A stretch of 64,000 nucleotides of DNA from Scenedesmus sp. PABB004 (GCA_014905635.1 JABVCE010000007.1:992001-1056000); one strand, 5' to 3'; positions 48,101-60,200 are shown, counted from the stretch's first letter. The notes: generated by a model from the sequence alone, not told the origin. Numbers and translations: made by a program.

Positions 48101-50646
48101 GGCGGGGAATCAACTCGTCCAGCACCGGCGGCAGCCCGTGCGCCGCGGCGTGGCCGGGCCCGCCGCTGCCGCTGCCGCTGCCGCTGCCGCTGCCGCTGCC
48201 GCTGCCGCTGCCGCTGCCGCTGCCGCTGCCGCTGCCGCTGCCGTGCGGCACGCCGTCGCTGGCATCGCCCTTGCTGCCGGCCGCACCCCCGCCGGCGCCG
48301 GCGGGGCCCTCGCTGCCCCCCGGCGGCTGCTCGGCGGCCAGCTGCGCGCCCGCCGCACCGCCGCCGCCGCGCTCGCCGCCCCTCGACCCCGCCCACTCGC
48401 GCTGCGCTGCGCTGAGCTTGAGCAGGGTGGACAGGAACACGCTCAGCGCGTCCGCGGCGGCGCGCGCCTTGCTCGGGTTTGCGTCGCACAGCACCTCGAC
48501 GATGGCGTCCAGCAGCAGGTGCACGTCCAGCTCCGCCAGGCCCCGCGGCATCGTGGCCGGCAGCGGCGCCTGGGCCGCGCCCGGCGGCGCCGGCGCGGCG
48601 GCATCGGCCTTGGACAGCGGCGCCGCGCCGGCGTCGCCGCCAGCCGCACCCGTGCCGGCGGCGGGCGCGGCGGGCGCGCCAATCGCGGCAGGCATGGCCT
48701 CGCCCGCCCCGCTGCCCCCGGCTGCCGCGCCGCCGTCTGCGCCTGCAGCTGCGCCGCAGCTGGCGGGCCCCGCAGCGCCGCCCTCGGCCGGCGGCTGCGC
48801 CGCCTCGCCCGTGGCAGTCGGCTGCGCCGGCTGCGCTGACGGCGCTGGCGCTGGCGCCGGCGCCGCCTGCTGCGTGCCCGCAGCGCGCGACATCAGCGGC
48901 GCGGGCGGCGGCGCCTTGGCGCCGGCCGCGAACAGCAGCGCGTAGTGGCGCGCGATCGCCCGGCAGAACGGCACCGCCTGCTCCGCCAGCGCCTCGTCGC
49001 CCGCGGCGGCAATCACGGTGGTGAGCAGGCTCGTGAGCACGCCGCGCTCCGCCACCAGCTGGGTCTTGGTCTTCACCCCCAGCTCCACGCGGCTCGGCAC
49101 CGGCCGCACGCACGGCGGGTGGCTGCCCTCGAGCAGGACCGTTGCCAGCTGCTCCAGCGCACTGCCGGTGGCGCCCGCGGGAAGGGGCGGCGCCGCGGCG
49201 CCGCCGCCTGCCTGGCCCCCGCTGCCAGCGCCGCCGCCGTCCCGCGCTGCGGGCTGCGGCTCTGGGGGCCGGAGGTTCAGCACCGCGGCCAGGCACACCT
49301 GGATGAACGACAGGGCCTGCGGGCGAGCGCAGCGCGCGTGAGCGCGCCGCGGTCGTCAGGGGCGCTGCGGGGGCACGCGGTCGCTGTGCGCCGGGCAGCG
49401 CAGCGCGGCGGGCGGCCTGGCCCACCTGGCGCCGGTAGTACACGTCGAGCGGGCCGCCGCTGGGGCCCACGCCCCGGCCGCCAAAGGCCCCGCCCAGGCC
49501 CGCGGCGGCGCCGTTGAGGCCGCCGGGCGCGAGGCCGGCCCGCGCCAGCGCGACGCAGCGGTCCAGGGGCACCAGGAACGACGTCGCCGGCCTGAACGTG
49601 AGGATGAGGCGCAGGCCGTGCTCCGGGTTGTCCTTGTACTCGAGCGGGGCGGGGTCGCGCAGGAACTTGCGGTTGCGGCCGCCTGCGCGCGCGGCGGGCG
49701 GCGCCCGGGCGCCGCGGTGAGCCCCGGCCCAGCGAGCGCGGGGCCTGACCGTGGCACGCCGCCCTTCCTTCTTGTCCCACCGCCGCCGCCGCGCGCTCAC
49801 CCAGCTTGCCCAGCAGCTGCATTGCCGCGAGCGCGTGCGTGCGACTGGGCGCGGCCGGGCGCAGCAGGCCCCAGAGGCCCGCCATGACGTCGTGCACGGC
49901 GTCCGCCAGCGCGTTCTCCAGGTACTCTGGGTTGAGCGAGTCGACCCACACCTCCAGCGTGCGCAGCCCCAGCCCCACCAGCTCGTCGCTGCCCTTGAGC
50001 GCCAGCGCCAGCGGCCGCACTAGGCGCGGCAGCAGCACCAGCTCCACCAGCACGCGCAGCGCGGCCGGCAGCAGCAGGCAGAGCTCCACCAGCAGCGACT
50101 TGAGGGGCTGCGAGCCGGGCCGGGCCGGGCCGGGGCGCGGCGCCGAGAGCGCTGAGCGGCGGGCGCCCGGGCGCGCGGGCGACTGGCTGCGCGGGGCGGC
50201 GCCGCTGGCCCGACCGCGCGCGCGCGCGCACGCCCCGTCCGCCCACCTCGGTGCAGTTGGGGCCCTCCAGCATGGCCAGCAGCTGGGCAAGCGCGCCGCT
50301 GAGCTGCGGTGCCAGCTCGTTGTAGAGGGCCGCCAGCGGCTCCTGGCTCGCGTGGCAGTGCTTGAAGAGGATGCGCAGCAGCGCGAGGTAGCCGAGCGGC
50401 TCCGCCTCGGCCTGCGCGCGGCTGCGTGAGCGCGGCGGCGGACGCGCGGCGGCGCTGCGCGCGGCGGGCGCCCGGCACGCGCGCCCACCTGGGCCGCCGC
50501 CAGGCACTTTTTGACCAGCTCCCCCAGCGTCGGCACCAGCAGCGCCTCGCCGTCGGGCAGCGTGAGCCCGAGGAATACCAGCCGATACAGCTTCTGCACC
50601 AGGCCAGCCTCCTGCAGCTCGCGGCGGCGCGCACGACCAGGGTGAG

Positions 50647-50686
<40 letters not shown>

Positions 50687-53600
50687 GGAGGGGGGGGGGG
50701 CGTGGCACGCCGCGGCAGCGCGGCGCCGCCGCCGCGCAGCCGGCACGCGCGCCGACCCGTGGCGCTGCGCCCCGCGGGCGCGCGCCGCCACTCACGCTGC
50801 TGCCGTGCTGGCCCAGCACGTGCAGCTTGTGGGCGGTGAGGTAGCGCGCCAGCAGCGCGTTGAACACGCGGCCCACGCTGCTGGCCTGCACCAGGTGCGC
50901 CGCCACGGTGAGCGCGTCGGGGTCTGCGGATCGGGCGCGCGGCTCACAGCCGCAGCGGCGTGCAGCGGGCGGCGGGCGGCCCGAGCCCCCCGCTAGCAAC
51001 GAGCGAGGGAGCCCCCCCCCCCTCATCCGTGACGGGACCGCTGGCCCCGGCCCGCGGCGGCGCACCGGCGAGCATGATGTCAAAGAGCTGCCCCATGCGC
51101 GCGCTGAAGACGTCGGTGAAGTCGCGCGGGTCCATGACCGTGAACATCTCGCCAAAGTGCTCGCAGTACTCCTTGCACTCGCTGCGCGGCGCGGGCGTGG
51201 GCAAGGCGGGCGCGCGCCGTGGGCAAGGCGGGTCGGCCGCGGGCGCGCGGCGCAGGCGGCGCCGCCGCCCTCACCCAAAGTACGCGGCGACCTTGAGGCA
51301 GGCCAGGCCGTCGGTGAGCAGCGCGGTGCACGTGAGCACGTCCTCCTCAGGCATGCCCACCGCCGGCGGTGCGGCGCTCAGCGGCGGCGCGGGCTGCCCC
51401 GCCGCGGCGGCCGCGGCGCGCGCGGCCTCGTGCGCGCGCGCGTTTGCGAGGTGCCGCGTGCAGTAGAGAATGCTGAAGAGCAGCGTCTTGGCGCCAAACA
51501 CGATGTTCTGCACGATGAGCTTGCAGTCGCTGATCTCCTTCTCCTTCTCGCCCAGGCCCTGCGCGCGGGCGGGCCGCGGCCGCGGCGGCGCGTCCGGGCA
51601 CCGCCGTGCGCGCCGCTCCGCGCCGCCGCTCGCCCTGCCCGTCCTCGCCTGCACCGCCACCGCGCGGAGCCCCCACGGAGGGCGGCCGGCCCGCCGCGCC
51701 GTCGCCGCGCCGCGCGCCGCACCTGCAGGTACAGCACGACGCGCGTGTCGGCGTTGTCGGGGTCCCGCATGCCTGCCTGCACCGCCAGCCGCTCCGAGCG
51801 CTCGCGCTTGGCTGCGGTGACAATGCCAGGGATGTCCTGCGGCGCGCGCCAGGCGCGCGCGCGGCCGGGCGGCGTCAGCTGCCCGCCGACGCTGCTCGCC
51901 GCTGCCGCCGGCGCGCGCGCGGGACGCACCTGCGCCAGCGCGCTGAGCTTGCCCACAAAGCTGGCCAGCGTGGTGCTGAGCAGGCGCTGCGCGAGCGCCT
52001 TGGCGGCCAGGTCGGCGTCGGGGCGCTTGAACGCCTGGGGCCCCCGGCGGCGGCGGCGGCGGTGCGAGGTCGGACGGCGCCCGGGCGGGCGTTGGCGCGT
52101 GCGGCGCCGTGGCGGACCTGGTAGAGGCACTCCACGAGGTTGAGGCTGAGCCGCACGCAGGTGCTCTGCGTCGTGAACGGCAGGCTGCGGTCGGCGATGC
52201 AGCAGCCCAGGTAGCTCACGACGCCGGCGAGCTGCGGCAGCGTGAACGCCTTGCGCGTGTGGTGCACGATCTCACAGAACGTCATCACCTGCGCGTCGAC
52301 GGCGCACGCGGCCGCGCGCGTGACGTGCAGCGTGACGTCACGCCCGCCGCCGCCCCGCCGCCGCGGCTCACCGAGAGGGGCTTGAGGCTGTCCATGGCCG
52401 CCATGCTGCTGCCCAGCAGCAGCCCCTCCTCCAGCACCTCGCTGATCACGCCGGCAAAGCAGCCGCTGCGCTGCGGCCCCGTCAGCACGTAGCGCGTCGC
52501 CGCGAGCAGCTCGCGCCGCACCGCGATGCTGTCGGGTGCAGACCTGCGGCGCGGGCTGCCGTGGGCGCGCGCGCTCCGCCGCGCCGCGCCGCCTGCCGCG
52601 TGCGCTGCCGCCGCCGCCTCGCGCCGGCCCGGGCTCTCCTCCTCGCCTGAATAGGTAGAAGAGCGCCGACGTGACGTCGCCGACGTGGCCCTCGAGCTGG
52701 TCCGGGAAGTTGCGCATCATCATGGTCAGGAAGTTCAGCGTGCGCACCTGCGGGTGCCCCGCAACAGCGCGCACGTGCAGGGGCCGGGGCGGGCTCGGGA
52801 TGGGCGCCGCACATGGCGCACGGCGCGCCGGCCCCGCGCGGGGCGCGCGCGAGCGGGAGCCCCGGCGCGCGGCGGACCTGCGCCGTCTTGAGGTCCGCCA
52901 CCGCCGAGAGCACCGCCTCGCGCCACTTGTCCTGCACCGCCTGCCGCCACGCCTCGTCTGCAGGGCCGCCACCGGCAGCGGCGCCGCCGGCGCCGGCAGC
53001 GGCGCCCTCCTGCTGCTCGCCGCCGGCGGCCGCGCCACCCGCGGCCGCGCCGCCCTTGGCCGCGTCGCGGCGCGCGCGCTCGCGCTCCCAGAACGATTCG
53101 GGCACGGGCGGCAGCTGCGCCAGCTCCGGGCCGCGCGTGCACGCGGCCGCCACCATGGCCGGCAGCAGCGGCGGCACGCGCGCCTTGACGGCGCCGGGGA
53201 AGAGCTGCATCAGGAACATCACTGCGCGCGCCGCCGCAGGCGGGGCGCGGGTCGGCGCGGCTTTGTGTGCGCCGCCCCGCATCGCGCGCGGTCGGCGGCA
53301 GCGCGCGCGCGCGGCAGTGGCGGCGCGCGCGGGCGCGGCGCGGCGCGCACGCGGCAGGGGGCACTCCGCCACCATCTTGAGCGAGCGCAGCGTCGGCGAC
53401 AGGTCGTCCGGCAGGGCCGCCGGCACGGCCGCGAACGCGGCCTCGTAGGTCGCTGGGAACTCAGCGTACACCTGCGCGATGAAGGCCACGCACTCCCCAA
53501 AGTGCTCCTCGTAGCCGCCGCCGCCGCCGCGCACGAGGTTTTTGTTGAGGTCGAGCAGCATGCGCATGGCCAGCACGCCGTTGGCCTGGTTGTCGCCGCG

Positions 53601-54016
53601 CAGCACGGCCAGGCACGCCGCGAGCAGGCGCGGCACGTACGGCCGCAGGTGCTCGTTCGGCGGCAGCTTGCTCAGCACCTCCAGCACGCCGTGCCGCAGC
53701 CGCTGCAGCTCGCTGTCCGCAAACTGCGGCGGCGTGGAGGCGAGCTGCCCCAGCAGCGGCTCCAGCAGCGCCGAGAGGAACGCCGGGTACTGCGCGGTGT
53801 GCCAGAGCTCCTGCGCGTCCTTGATCGCCTCGCTCGCCCGGCGCCGCGCGTCGAGGTCTGCGCGCGGGCGGCGCGCTGGGCAGCGGGCGGGCGCGCAGCA
53901 GCGGCGGCGCCGGCGCGCGCCGCTGCCCCCCGCCCGCGGCGCCCCCGCGCAGCCCGGCAGGGCTCACCTGACGCCGGGTCCGTCAGCACGGACGCCAGCT
54001 TGGCGAGCTCCTCCAT
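32022..54016 (-). CDS. TRA1: TRA1/TRRAP, PIKK-family pseudokinase scaffold of SAGA/NuA4; many exons
   Basis: MLEVLSKLPPNEHLRPY, ELCLLLPA...GLRTLEVWVDSLNPEYL, LLGKLGGRNRKFL, LLQNSLRPIL, ELIKFLGKAFNAWHIA, WRLRTPNEWD, VQEAFVKIREQ, WIPQLLTSL, ERMMQLLRLLN, VPYRLTRNL, FATC end MDPTWHAWF*. Confidence 0.96.
48163..48243 (-). repeat. Coding hexanucleotide microsatellite (GGCAGC)n giving a poly-(Gly-Ser) insert in TRRAP
   Basis: (CCGCTG) x~13 on the + strand within an open exon. Confidence 0.9.
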
Positions 54017-54485
54017 GGCTGCGGGCGGGCGGTGCTGCCGCGCGACTGCTGCTGCCGAGCAGCAGCGCCCGCAGCCGAGCCGGCCGCTGATCACGCGCCC
54101 CGCGCGCTCGAGGAGGCGCCCATGCTCCGATCACGCCGCCGCGCCAAGCGCCCGGTCGCGCCAAGCGCCCGCCGTGCTGATGGCGGGCCGCCCGCGGTGC
54201 GAGAGGCTTCGCCTGCGCGCGAGGTGTCTGATCCCGGTCGCGCGGCGCACCGGGGACATGCACGCGGCGCGCGAGCCCGCGGGACGCGTCGGCTAACACC
54301 AAAGTCTTCAAAGTCTCGCGCGCCGCCGCAGCCGCGCAGCGCCGCCGCCGCCTGCTGGCGCCCCGCCCAGACCCACCCACCCGCGGGGTGCCGCAGCGGA
54401 CCCCGATGCTGCGCACGGCTCCGGGGCGCGGCCCCCAGCACCCGCGGCGCACCCCGGCGCGGCGGCCGGGTGCGCAGCCGACCGC

Positions 54486-55402
54486 CGCGGCGCAGGGCAG
54501 GGCGAGGCCCAGCGCCAGCCAGGCGGCGGTACTGGCCCTGGGCGCCCGCCGCTGCGCCCGCAGCGCCTGCAAGGGGGGCAGCAAGGCCGTGGGCTGGCCT
54601 GGGCGTGCTGTGCGGACCGCGCGCGCGCGCGGCTGCCCGGCGGCCTGCGAGGCGCCGCGGGCGAGGCGCCCACCAGGCCGCAGGCCGAAGGCAGAGGGAG
54701 CGGCGGCCGCTGCTGGTTTTGCCGCGGAGCGAGCGCCCTCGTGCAACTGCCCGACGCCCTGCGCCACTCTTCTCCCGCAGGCGCTGCACCAGCGCAGGCC
54801 GAGCCTCGCACGGCCCGCCAGCACCACCACCGGCGCAGGGCCCTCTCCGCGCGCGCTCGCGCCAGGATCGGCGCGGCCCGCTGGTGCCGCCGCTGGGCGA
54901 CTCCCTGAGGCGCCACACGCCATGCCCCGGCCGGCCGCCGCGGCGCGGCAGGCGGGCTGCATCGCCCGCCTGCTGGCGTGCGCAGGGGCGGCCCCCTCCG
55001 GGCTCCCCGCCGGCGCCAGCGACGGCGCACGGGGCGCCAGCGGCCTGTCGGCGGCTGCCGCAGCGCGGCAGGCCGCGGCGGCGCCGGGGGGCGCAGGCTG
55101 GAGGGGCACAACTTCGTGCTGTGGCAGCAGGTGGCCGGCCTGAGCGCCGCGCAGGCGCGCGCGCTGCTGGCGGACGAGGCGCCGGCGCTGGCGGCGTTCC
55201 TCGCGCCGGGCACGTTTCAGCGCGGCCGCGCTCGCGCGCAACACGCACGCCCTGCGCGCCCTGCCTGGGCTGCCTCGGCGGCGCGGAGCTGCCGCCGCGG
55301 CTGCGCGGCGTGCTCGCGCTCGCGCCGCCGCGCGCACTGGAGCAGGCGCTCGCGGCGCGGCGCCTCGCGGCGCAGCCGGGCGCGCCCGCGCCGGCGGCGG
55401 CG
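54486..55402 (+). pseudogene. Decayed direct copy of ~6860-7843 (HRD3 5' end, bidirectional promoter, mTERF 5' end)
   Basis: Colinear high identity with the original; HRD3 ATG changed to CTG; mTERF ATG kept at 54922; ~64-bp deletion, +1 (CACGTTTCAG) and +4 (CCCTGCCTGGGC) indels break the mTERF frame. Confidence 0.92.
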
Positions 55403-55478
55403 CTGCGCGACCTGCGCCGCCTGCGCCCGCTGCGGCGACAGCTGCCGCCGCCACGCCTGCGACATGAGCGCCTGCAGG
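55402..55478 (-). repeat. Inverted copy of mTERF sequence 7853-7929 appended to the duplicate
   Basis: GCTGCGCGACCTGCGCC...GACATGAGCGCCTGCAGG is the reverse complement of 7853-7929 with one mismatch. Confidence 0.9.
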
Positions 55479-55576
55479 CGCCCGCCGTGCAGTAGCGAGG
55501 CGCCCCAGCGAGCCAGGGCGCCGCTGCGGGTGCTGCGCTGTGCGCCTCGCACCCCGCTGCACGCCGCTGCACGCAG

Positions 55577-56477
55577 GGCGCTGCTGGAGCATGGCGTCTT
55601 CATGGAGGGCGTCGTCCTCAAGAGCAACCTGGTGCGCGCGGGCTTGAGAGGGTTTAGCAGCTTGAAAGCTAGGTCTTTGTCGCTCCCGACCTGGCTGCAG
55701 CGTCGCGCCCGCGGGTGCGCAGCCCACTCGCGGCTGCACGCACAGCAGCGCCGCTGCGCCCGCCGTTCAACCCCGGCCGCAGGTCAACCCCGGCAAGGCC
55801 TGCCCCGTGGCTTACACCGTGGACGAGATTGCGCAGGTAGGACAGCGCGGCGGCGGCGCGCCCGAGCCGAGCCCTGCGTGGGCGCCCTGGACGGGGTCCC
55901 CCCTGCTGCGTTGCACGCCGCCGTGCCCGCGCGTCACCTCCTTCTGAACCCCTCCTCTTCCCTGCGCTGCTGCGCGGCGGCGCAGGCCAACATCGACGTC
56001 TTCCGCCGCGTGATGCCCGTGGCGGTGCGCAGCGCCAACTTCTTGTCCGGCGGGCAGAGCCTGGGTGACGCTTGCGCTCGGCTGAGTGCGCTCAACCAGA
56101 AGAAGGGCACGTTCCCTGTCAACCTCTCGTTCAGCTGGTCGGCGGCGCTGCAGGTAAGGCAGCGTGGCGCGTGCGTGCCGTGCCGTGTGGCAAACGGCGA
56201 CGGGCGAGGCGCGGGTTGGGCCAGCCTCGGCCGCGGCTGTGGCGCGCGGGCCCGTTGCGGCGCTGGCATGCGGCGCCGCGCGACGCTGCCGCTCACGCGG
56301 TGCCGCTGCGCTCGCGGCCGCGCGCAGATGCCGCTCTTTGCGCTGTGCCAGGGCTCGCTGAAGCTGCCGGAGATGGAGGCGCTGTACCTGCAGGAGCTGG
56401 CCAAGGCCAGCGCGGCGGCGCGCGGCGAGTACTCGCCGCAGCCGGGCGAGGGCGACCACCGCCCGCCGCGGGCGTGA
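55577..56477 (+). pseudogene. FBA: 5'-truncated class I fructose-bisphosphate aldolase; last four exons (55577-55631, 55783-55836, 55986-56153, 56328-56477)
   Basis: Spliced ALLEHGVFMEGVVLKSNL/VNPGKACP...EIAQ/ANIDVFRRVMPVAV...FLSGGQS...NLSFSWSAALQ/...ASAAARGEY; Schiff-base Lys motif (LKxN) kept; N-terminal exons absent in the window. Confidence 0.85.
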
Positions 56478-57292
56478 CGTGGCGACAATGTAGGGAGAGC
56501 TGGCTGCCGGGCCAGCACACACGCGCTTGAATGCAACAGAGAGCGTTGTTGCGGTGCGGAGCCAGCACGACTGCCTTGAACGCGACGCGGGCAATGTGGC
56601 TGCTCTGTTGGCGACATGACACCCTTTCTGCTGCCCGCACAGCCAGTCCGAACACAGCGTGGCGCTCATGCTGCCCCGCTCCGGCGCGCCCCCACCCCTG
56701 CGTTCAAAAGGGAGCTTTTGCATGGTGGACAGTGCATGCCCAGCGCGTTTGCTAGGCCAGCCACGGTCGCCGGCCGCCACGCCTGACGCCGGGCGCGCCG
56801 CCGCGCCGCGGGCGCTGGTGCTGGCAGCGGGGCACCGCCCCAGCGTGCCGCCAGTGTAACACATCCTCACCATCGCGCTGCCGCTCGCTAGCCGGCACAG
56901 CGAGCTGCTCGCCCGCACGGGCCTGGGCAGGCGCGCGGCGCCAGCCTGGCAGCAGCAATGCGCGGGCTGCTGGCGGCGCCAAGCCAGCGGGGTCACGTGC
57001 CGGCACGCACGCATCAGAGAAGCGACTGCGAGCTGCTGGGCGGGTCGAGAGCGTGCAGCCAGAGCCGAGCGCACAGCTGTCGCACGAAGGGCCACCAATT
57101 CGGTCAAAGGTTGCTGGGCAGCAACGGGCGTTCCCGCACCGCACCGATCCCAGCCCATCCGCGCCAACCAGCCGCGCAGCTCGCGCGCGGGCGAGAGTTG
57201 CGGCTGATTTGCCACAAGTCGCAGCTCGCGGTGTGCGGTCGCGCGAGTCGCAGCATGCTTATACAGTTACAAACCGACTTGCTAGCAACATA

Positions 57293-60200
57293 TCAATCAT
57301 GCCGGCCGAGTTGTGTGCATCTCACAGCAGCCGAGGCTGCCGCCGCTGCCGCCACACTCTGCTGGGCGTCAGACGCGCGAGCCACGCCGGTCTCACTCCT
57401 GTGCCGCAGGCCACCCGTGGCTGCCGCCGGGCAGCGCTCGTGCTGCTCAACATGGCTATCCACTGCAGCGTCCTCGCGCTTACCGTCCCCGGCGGGCAGC
57501 GGCGCCTTGGCTCGCCGGGCGAGCCACCACGCCCGTGCTAGCAGCACACAGCGCACGCCCTCAGGCACGAGCACCACAAACACATCAATGAAGTAACATG
57601 CAATCAGCAACTTTGGAAGTACTGCACTGTCTGGTGCATGCATCAAGCCCGCCGCTGCAGCAAGAATGGCAATCTCACACGAATACGCAATCAAGTCGCA
57701 CGCCAGCATCCAGGGCAGCGCATAGGGCCGCACCAACAGCAGGTACGCAACAAAGCCGACGTGGAGTGCCAGCAGTGCGCCCACCTGGGCGCGGCTGGAC
57801 GCGTAAAAGTGAAACATGCCAAACAAGAGTGCGCTGCCGCAGCGGTGCAGGGCGCTAACCAGGTAGAAAGACAAATACAGCAGCCGCAACCTGGGCAGAG
57901 CGCCGGCCTCCGTGTCGCCGACCACGTCGTCAACAAGGAAGCCGTACGCACGGAAGAAACGCTCCGCGCGCGCCGCCGCAGCATTGCGGACGGCAAGCCC
58001 CTGTTGTGCTGCACGGTCGACGTCTGTTGTTGCATTGTTTGCGGCCGCAAAGGACAAGTGCACGCCGCTGCCCGACGCTGCAGCGCGCGACACGGCGTCC
58101 TCATTGTAGTCGGCAGCATGCCACACACGTGCCATGGCTTCTGCATCGTCGGATGTCAGCTCTGACCCTGTGTAACAACGGCAGTGGGATGCAGTGAGCA
58201 AGCACTAGTATTTGGTGCTGCAGTGCGGCTGCAACGCACCAATATGAGGATTGCTAGCTTCAATTGCCTCACCAGGCAACGACGCCATGCGCAAAAGCAG
58301 TGGGGGCTGCTGGCACCCACCTGCCACATGGCGGGTGCATATGATGTTGCCGGTGCGCAGCTGGCCGGAGTGGCTTTGTGGTCGAGCGGCTGGCAGTGTG
58401 CTGGGGCTGGCCAACTCGTCATCTGAAGCACTGTCCATGGTGTGGTAGTCATTGTCGCCCGGGCTCACTTCGCGCAGAACAAGAGTGGGGTTGTCTTCAC
58501 CACTGCCCAACAAGTCAAGGGTGGCTGGCTTGGCATTCAGCGTTGTGCCTGCACTTTCTTCCCCGTGAAGGTAGAGTCTGGATGTGTTGGTCTTGTTGCG
58601 TGCTTCCGGCTGATCTGTGGAGAACCTCCAAAGAATATAGATCCAGTATATGAGCACTGGCAGCGGCACTAATATTATGCACGCTATGCCTAAGCTGCTG
58701 TGTGTTTTATGTGACGCCACCAACTTGCTCGCACCGTACAGTACTGGGACCATAAGTAGTGTGTGCATCAGCAGTTGGGGCTTGGGGAAGACAAGTAGTC
58801 TGCGTGGCGGCGAGCATTGTTTGCAGCGCTGCCGGCGCGCTGGCAGACGCCGCCCACGCACTGCCCGGCAGTGTAATGGCACACTCACTGTGGGAGGGCT
58901 GAAGGCATCTTGATCAGCCGCCAAACACCTGCTACACCTGCTTGCACAATTGTAATAGCACAAAGCGAAATGGCAAGGGTCAAGCAGGTTATTTGGAGGT
59001 CATGCAAGCCGTACTGTGTTGGTTGGCGAGAGGTCGCTCTTACAGGTACTTCGATGGACACAGTGCTGCCATTGTTGAGTCCGTGCAAGCGCCGGCTGCC
59101 TGCCTGCCTGCGAGCTTCCAAAGCCTCAAGCAGAGACAAACCACACAAGTGGCTCGGTTGCCCCAGTATGCGCCTGGAGTGAGGGCTTCCAAGCTGAGCA
59201 GCCAAAGCAGAAATGTTTGTTGCTGTTGCGAACACTTGTTCAGCAGGCTTGTTTAGATTGGACCAACTGCAGCAAGAGAGCAGGTGGGTGAGCAGCGAGC
59301 AGAAACGGCAAGCGGGCAGGCTTTGGGCAGGCGCACTCACGCTAGGCCCTTGCACAAGCTCAAGTACTCAGCCGGCAACCAAGGGATGGCCAAGCTCACG
59401 GACATGGCAAGAAACTGAGTGTGCCCGACACTTCGTAGCATGCTGCCACCACCACCAGCTGTAGCTGATGACACCGCAGCACTCACCGTTGAAGATGCTG
59501 CGGCAGCGATAGTGACAACTGTTGCAGCACTTGCTGAGCGGTGCCAAACATCAGTCCCAGGCAGGGCAATCTGTCAAGTTGCAGCGGGCGGTGTTAGCGG
59601 AGCCACAACTCAAGCCTAAGCAAAGCCCGAGCAAAGCCCGAGCGACACGCGGCGCGCACCTCAAATTCGTAGTCCGTCCCTGCATTGCCTGCCTGGTCCT
59701 TGTATGCAGCGCCATAGATAGCGATCAAGACCCGTGCTCCTGGCCATGAAGACAACAACATATCATACGCTTGGCCAGTGACCCAACTGGAGTCGTTGGC
59801 CAAGCTGATACCTGACAGTAGCGCATTGGTGATGCCAATGTCAGAAGACGACGTCCAACTTACAGCCTCTGAAAATACAATGCGCGCTTGAATGGATCCG
59901 TCCGCGGCATGAGTAGTGGTAATGTTTGCCACAGTGGGAGCCGACGTATCGAGGTGAACCTGGCGGCGGTTGGCGGCGGTTGGCGTGTGAGCCAGGGCGC
60001 GCGCTGCAAGGCTCGGCGCGCGCGCTATGCGGCAGCGGGCGGCGCCTGCAGGGCCAGCCGGGCGCGCGAATGCTGCCCACCTCGAACGCAGCAGGCGACA
60101 GGTAGGTTTGATTGCCACAAACAGGCCACTCTGCTTGCGCTGGCGTCAGCGCCACCGCAAACTTTCCATCGTAAGGCAACGTGACCAGTAGCTCGCACGT

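Noticed and set aside
20..56477. Many long Arg/Ala/Pro/Gly-rich ORFs on all frames (e.g. 44824-49800, 40411-43671, 54978-56477)
   Set aside because: Stop codons are rare at this GC content; these ORFs cross introns, are off-frame or are antisense to recognisable spliced genes
30741..57983. Giant DNA transposon with 1.2-kb terminal inverted repeats
   Set aside because: The repeat is the 3' exon and flank of a host gene that continues past the right copy; no transposase or target-site duplication is visible
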